In this document: piece by piece, positions 19,752 through 20,000 of the stretch | How the letters are laid out: each line of letters begins with the position of its first letter | How positions within the stretch are numbered: position 1 is the stretch's first letter | NCBI GenBank assembly: GCA_000934665.2 | Contig: KZ538499.1 | Coordinates: forward strand, 45,985 to 65,984 | From: Catajapyx aquilonaris | Lineage: Eukaryota | DNA length: 20,000 nt | Reading direction: 5' to 3' | Notes under the pieces: model-generated | What the model saw: the letters and a program-made list of their open reading frames with translations, nothing else | Told to the model about the DNA's origin: nothing | Databases searched by the model: none | Made by a program: the position numbers and the translations under genes

Positions 19752-19892
19752 GACAGCAAAGGCTCGGAGAGGTCTGCAGGTATTATTAACCTGGAGTACT
19801 ACGACGCCTGCTCCGAAGCCACACCTAAGGAGGTACGAAAGGCAACAAACGTCTTCGTCATCAGTACTTCTGACAAGAGCTTTTTCGACTCG
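19752..19892 (+). CDS. Next exon, middle of PH domain (DSKGSERSAGIINLEYYDACSEATPKEVRKATNVFVISTSDKSFFDS); gene continues past window
   Basis: ttttcattcgcag| acceptor and TCG|gtaagt donor; 141 nt, phase 0/0. GIINL and FVIST strands continue the PH domain; the C-terminal helix (W..AL) is not in the window. Confidence 0.9.
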
Positions 19893-20000
19893 GTAAGTAC
19901 TGCTTATTTTTACTGGCAAACTCACAATAACGTTCGTTGGCCTGGTTTCATAGCATATAATAAGCGCAATTAACTATAATTATCACACTAATGGATAGAC

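Overview
AT-rich eukaryotic, probably invertebrate metazoan, genomic DNA. The only intact coding sequence I can support is three small phase-0 GT-AG exons on the + strand (4999-5082, 14205-14351, 19752-19892). They splice into the N-terminal part of a PH-domain protein resembling CKIP-1/PLEKHO-type PH domains, and the gene continues beyond the window. The upstream region and the two long introns (about 9.1 kb and 5.4 kb) alternate between AT-rich minisatellite or low-complexity blocks and GC-richer 'unique' blocks. Hand translation across frameshifts suggests that most of the unique blocks are heavily decayed reverse-transcriptase cores of Penelope-like elements (PLEs). There are about 14 candidate relics on both strands, about 8 of them with several motifs in the correct order, and apparently two subtypes. 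Younger non-autonomous elements sit on top: a hAT MITE with an 8-bp TSD, two Tc1/mariner-pogo MITEs, an inverted pair of Harbinger-like MITEs, Helitron-like elements and a tRNA-derived SINE head. PLE motif comparisons are by eye against remembered consensus sequences and need HMM confirmation.
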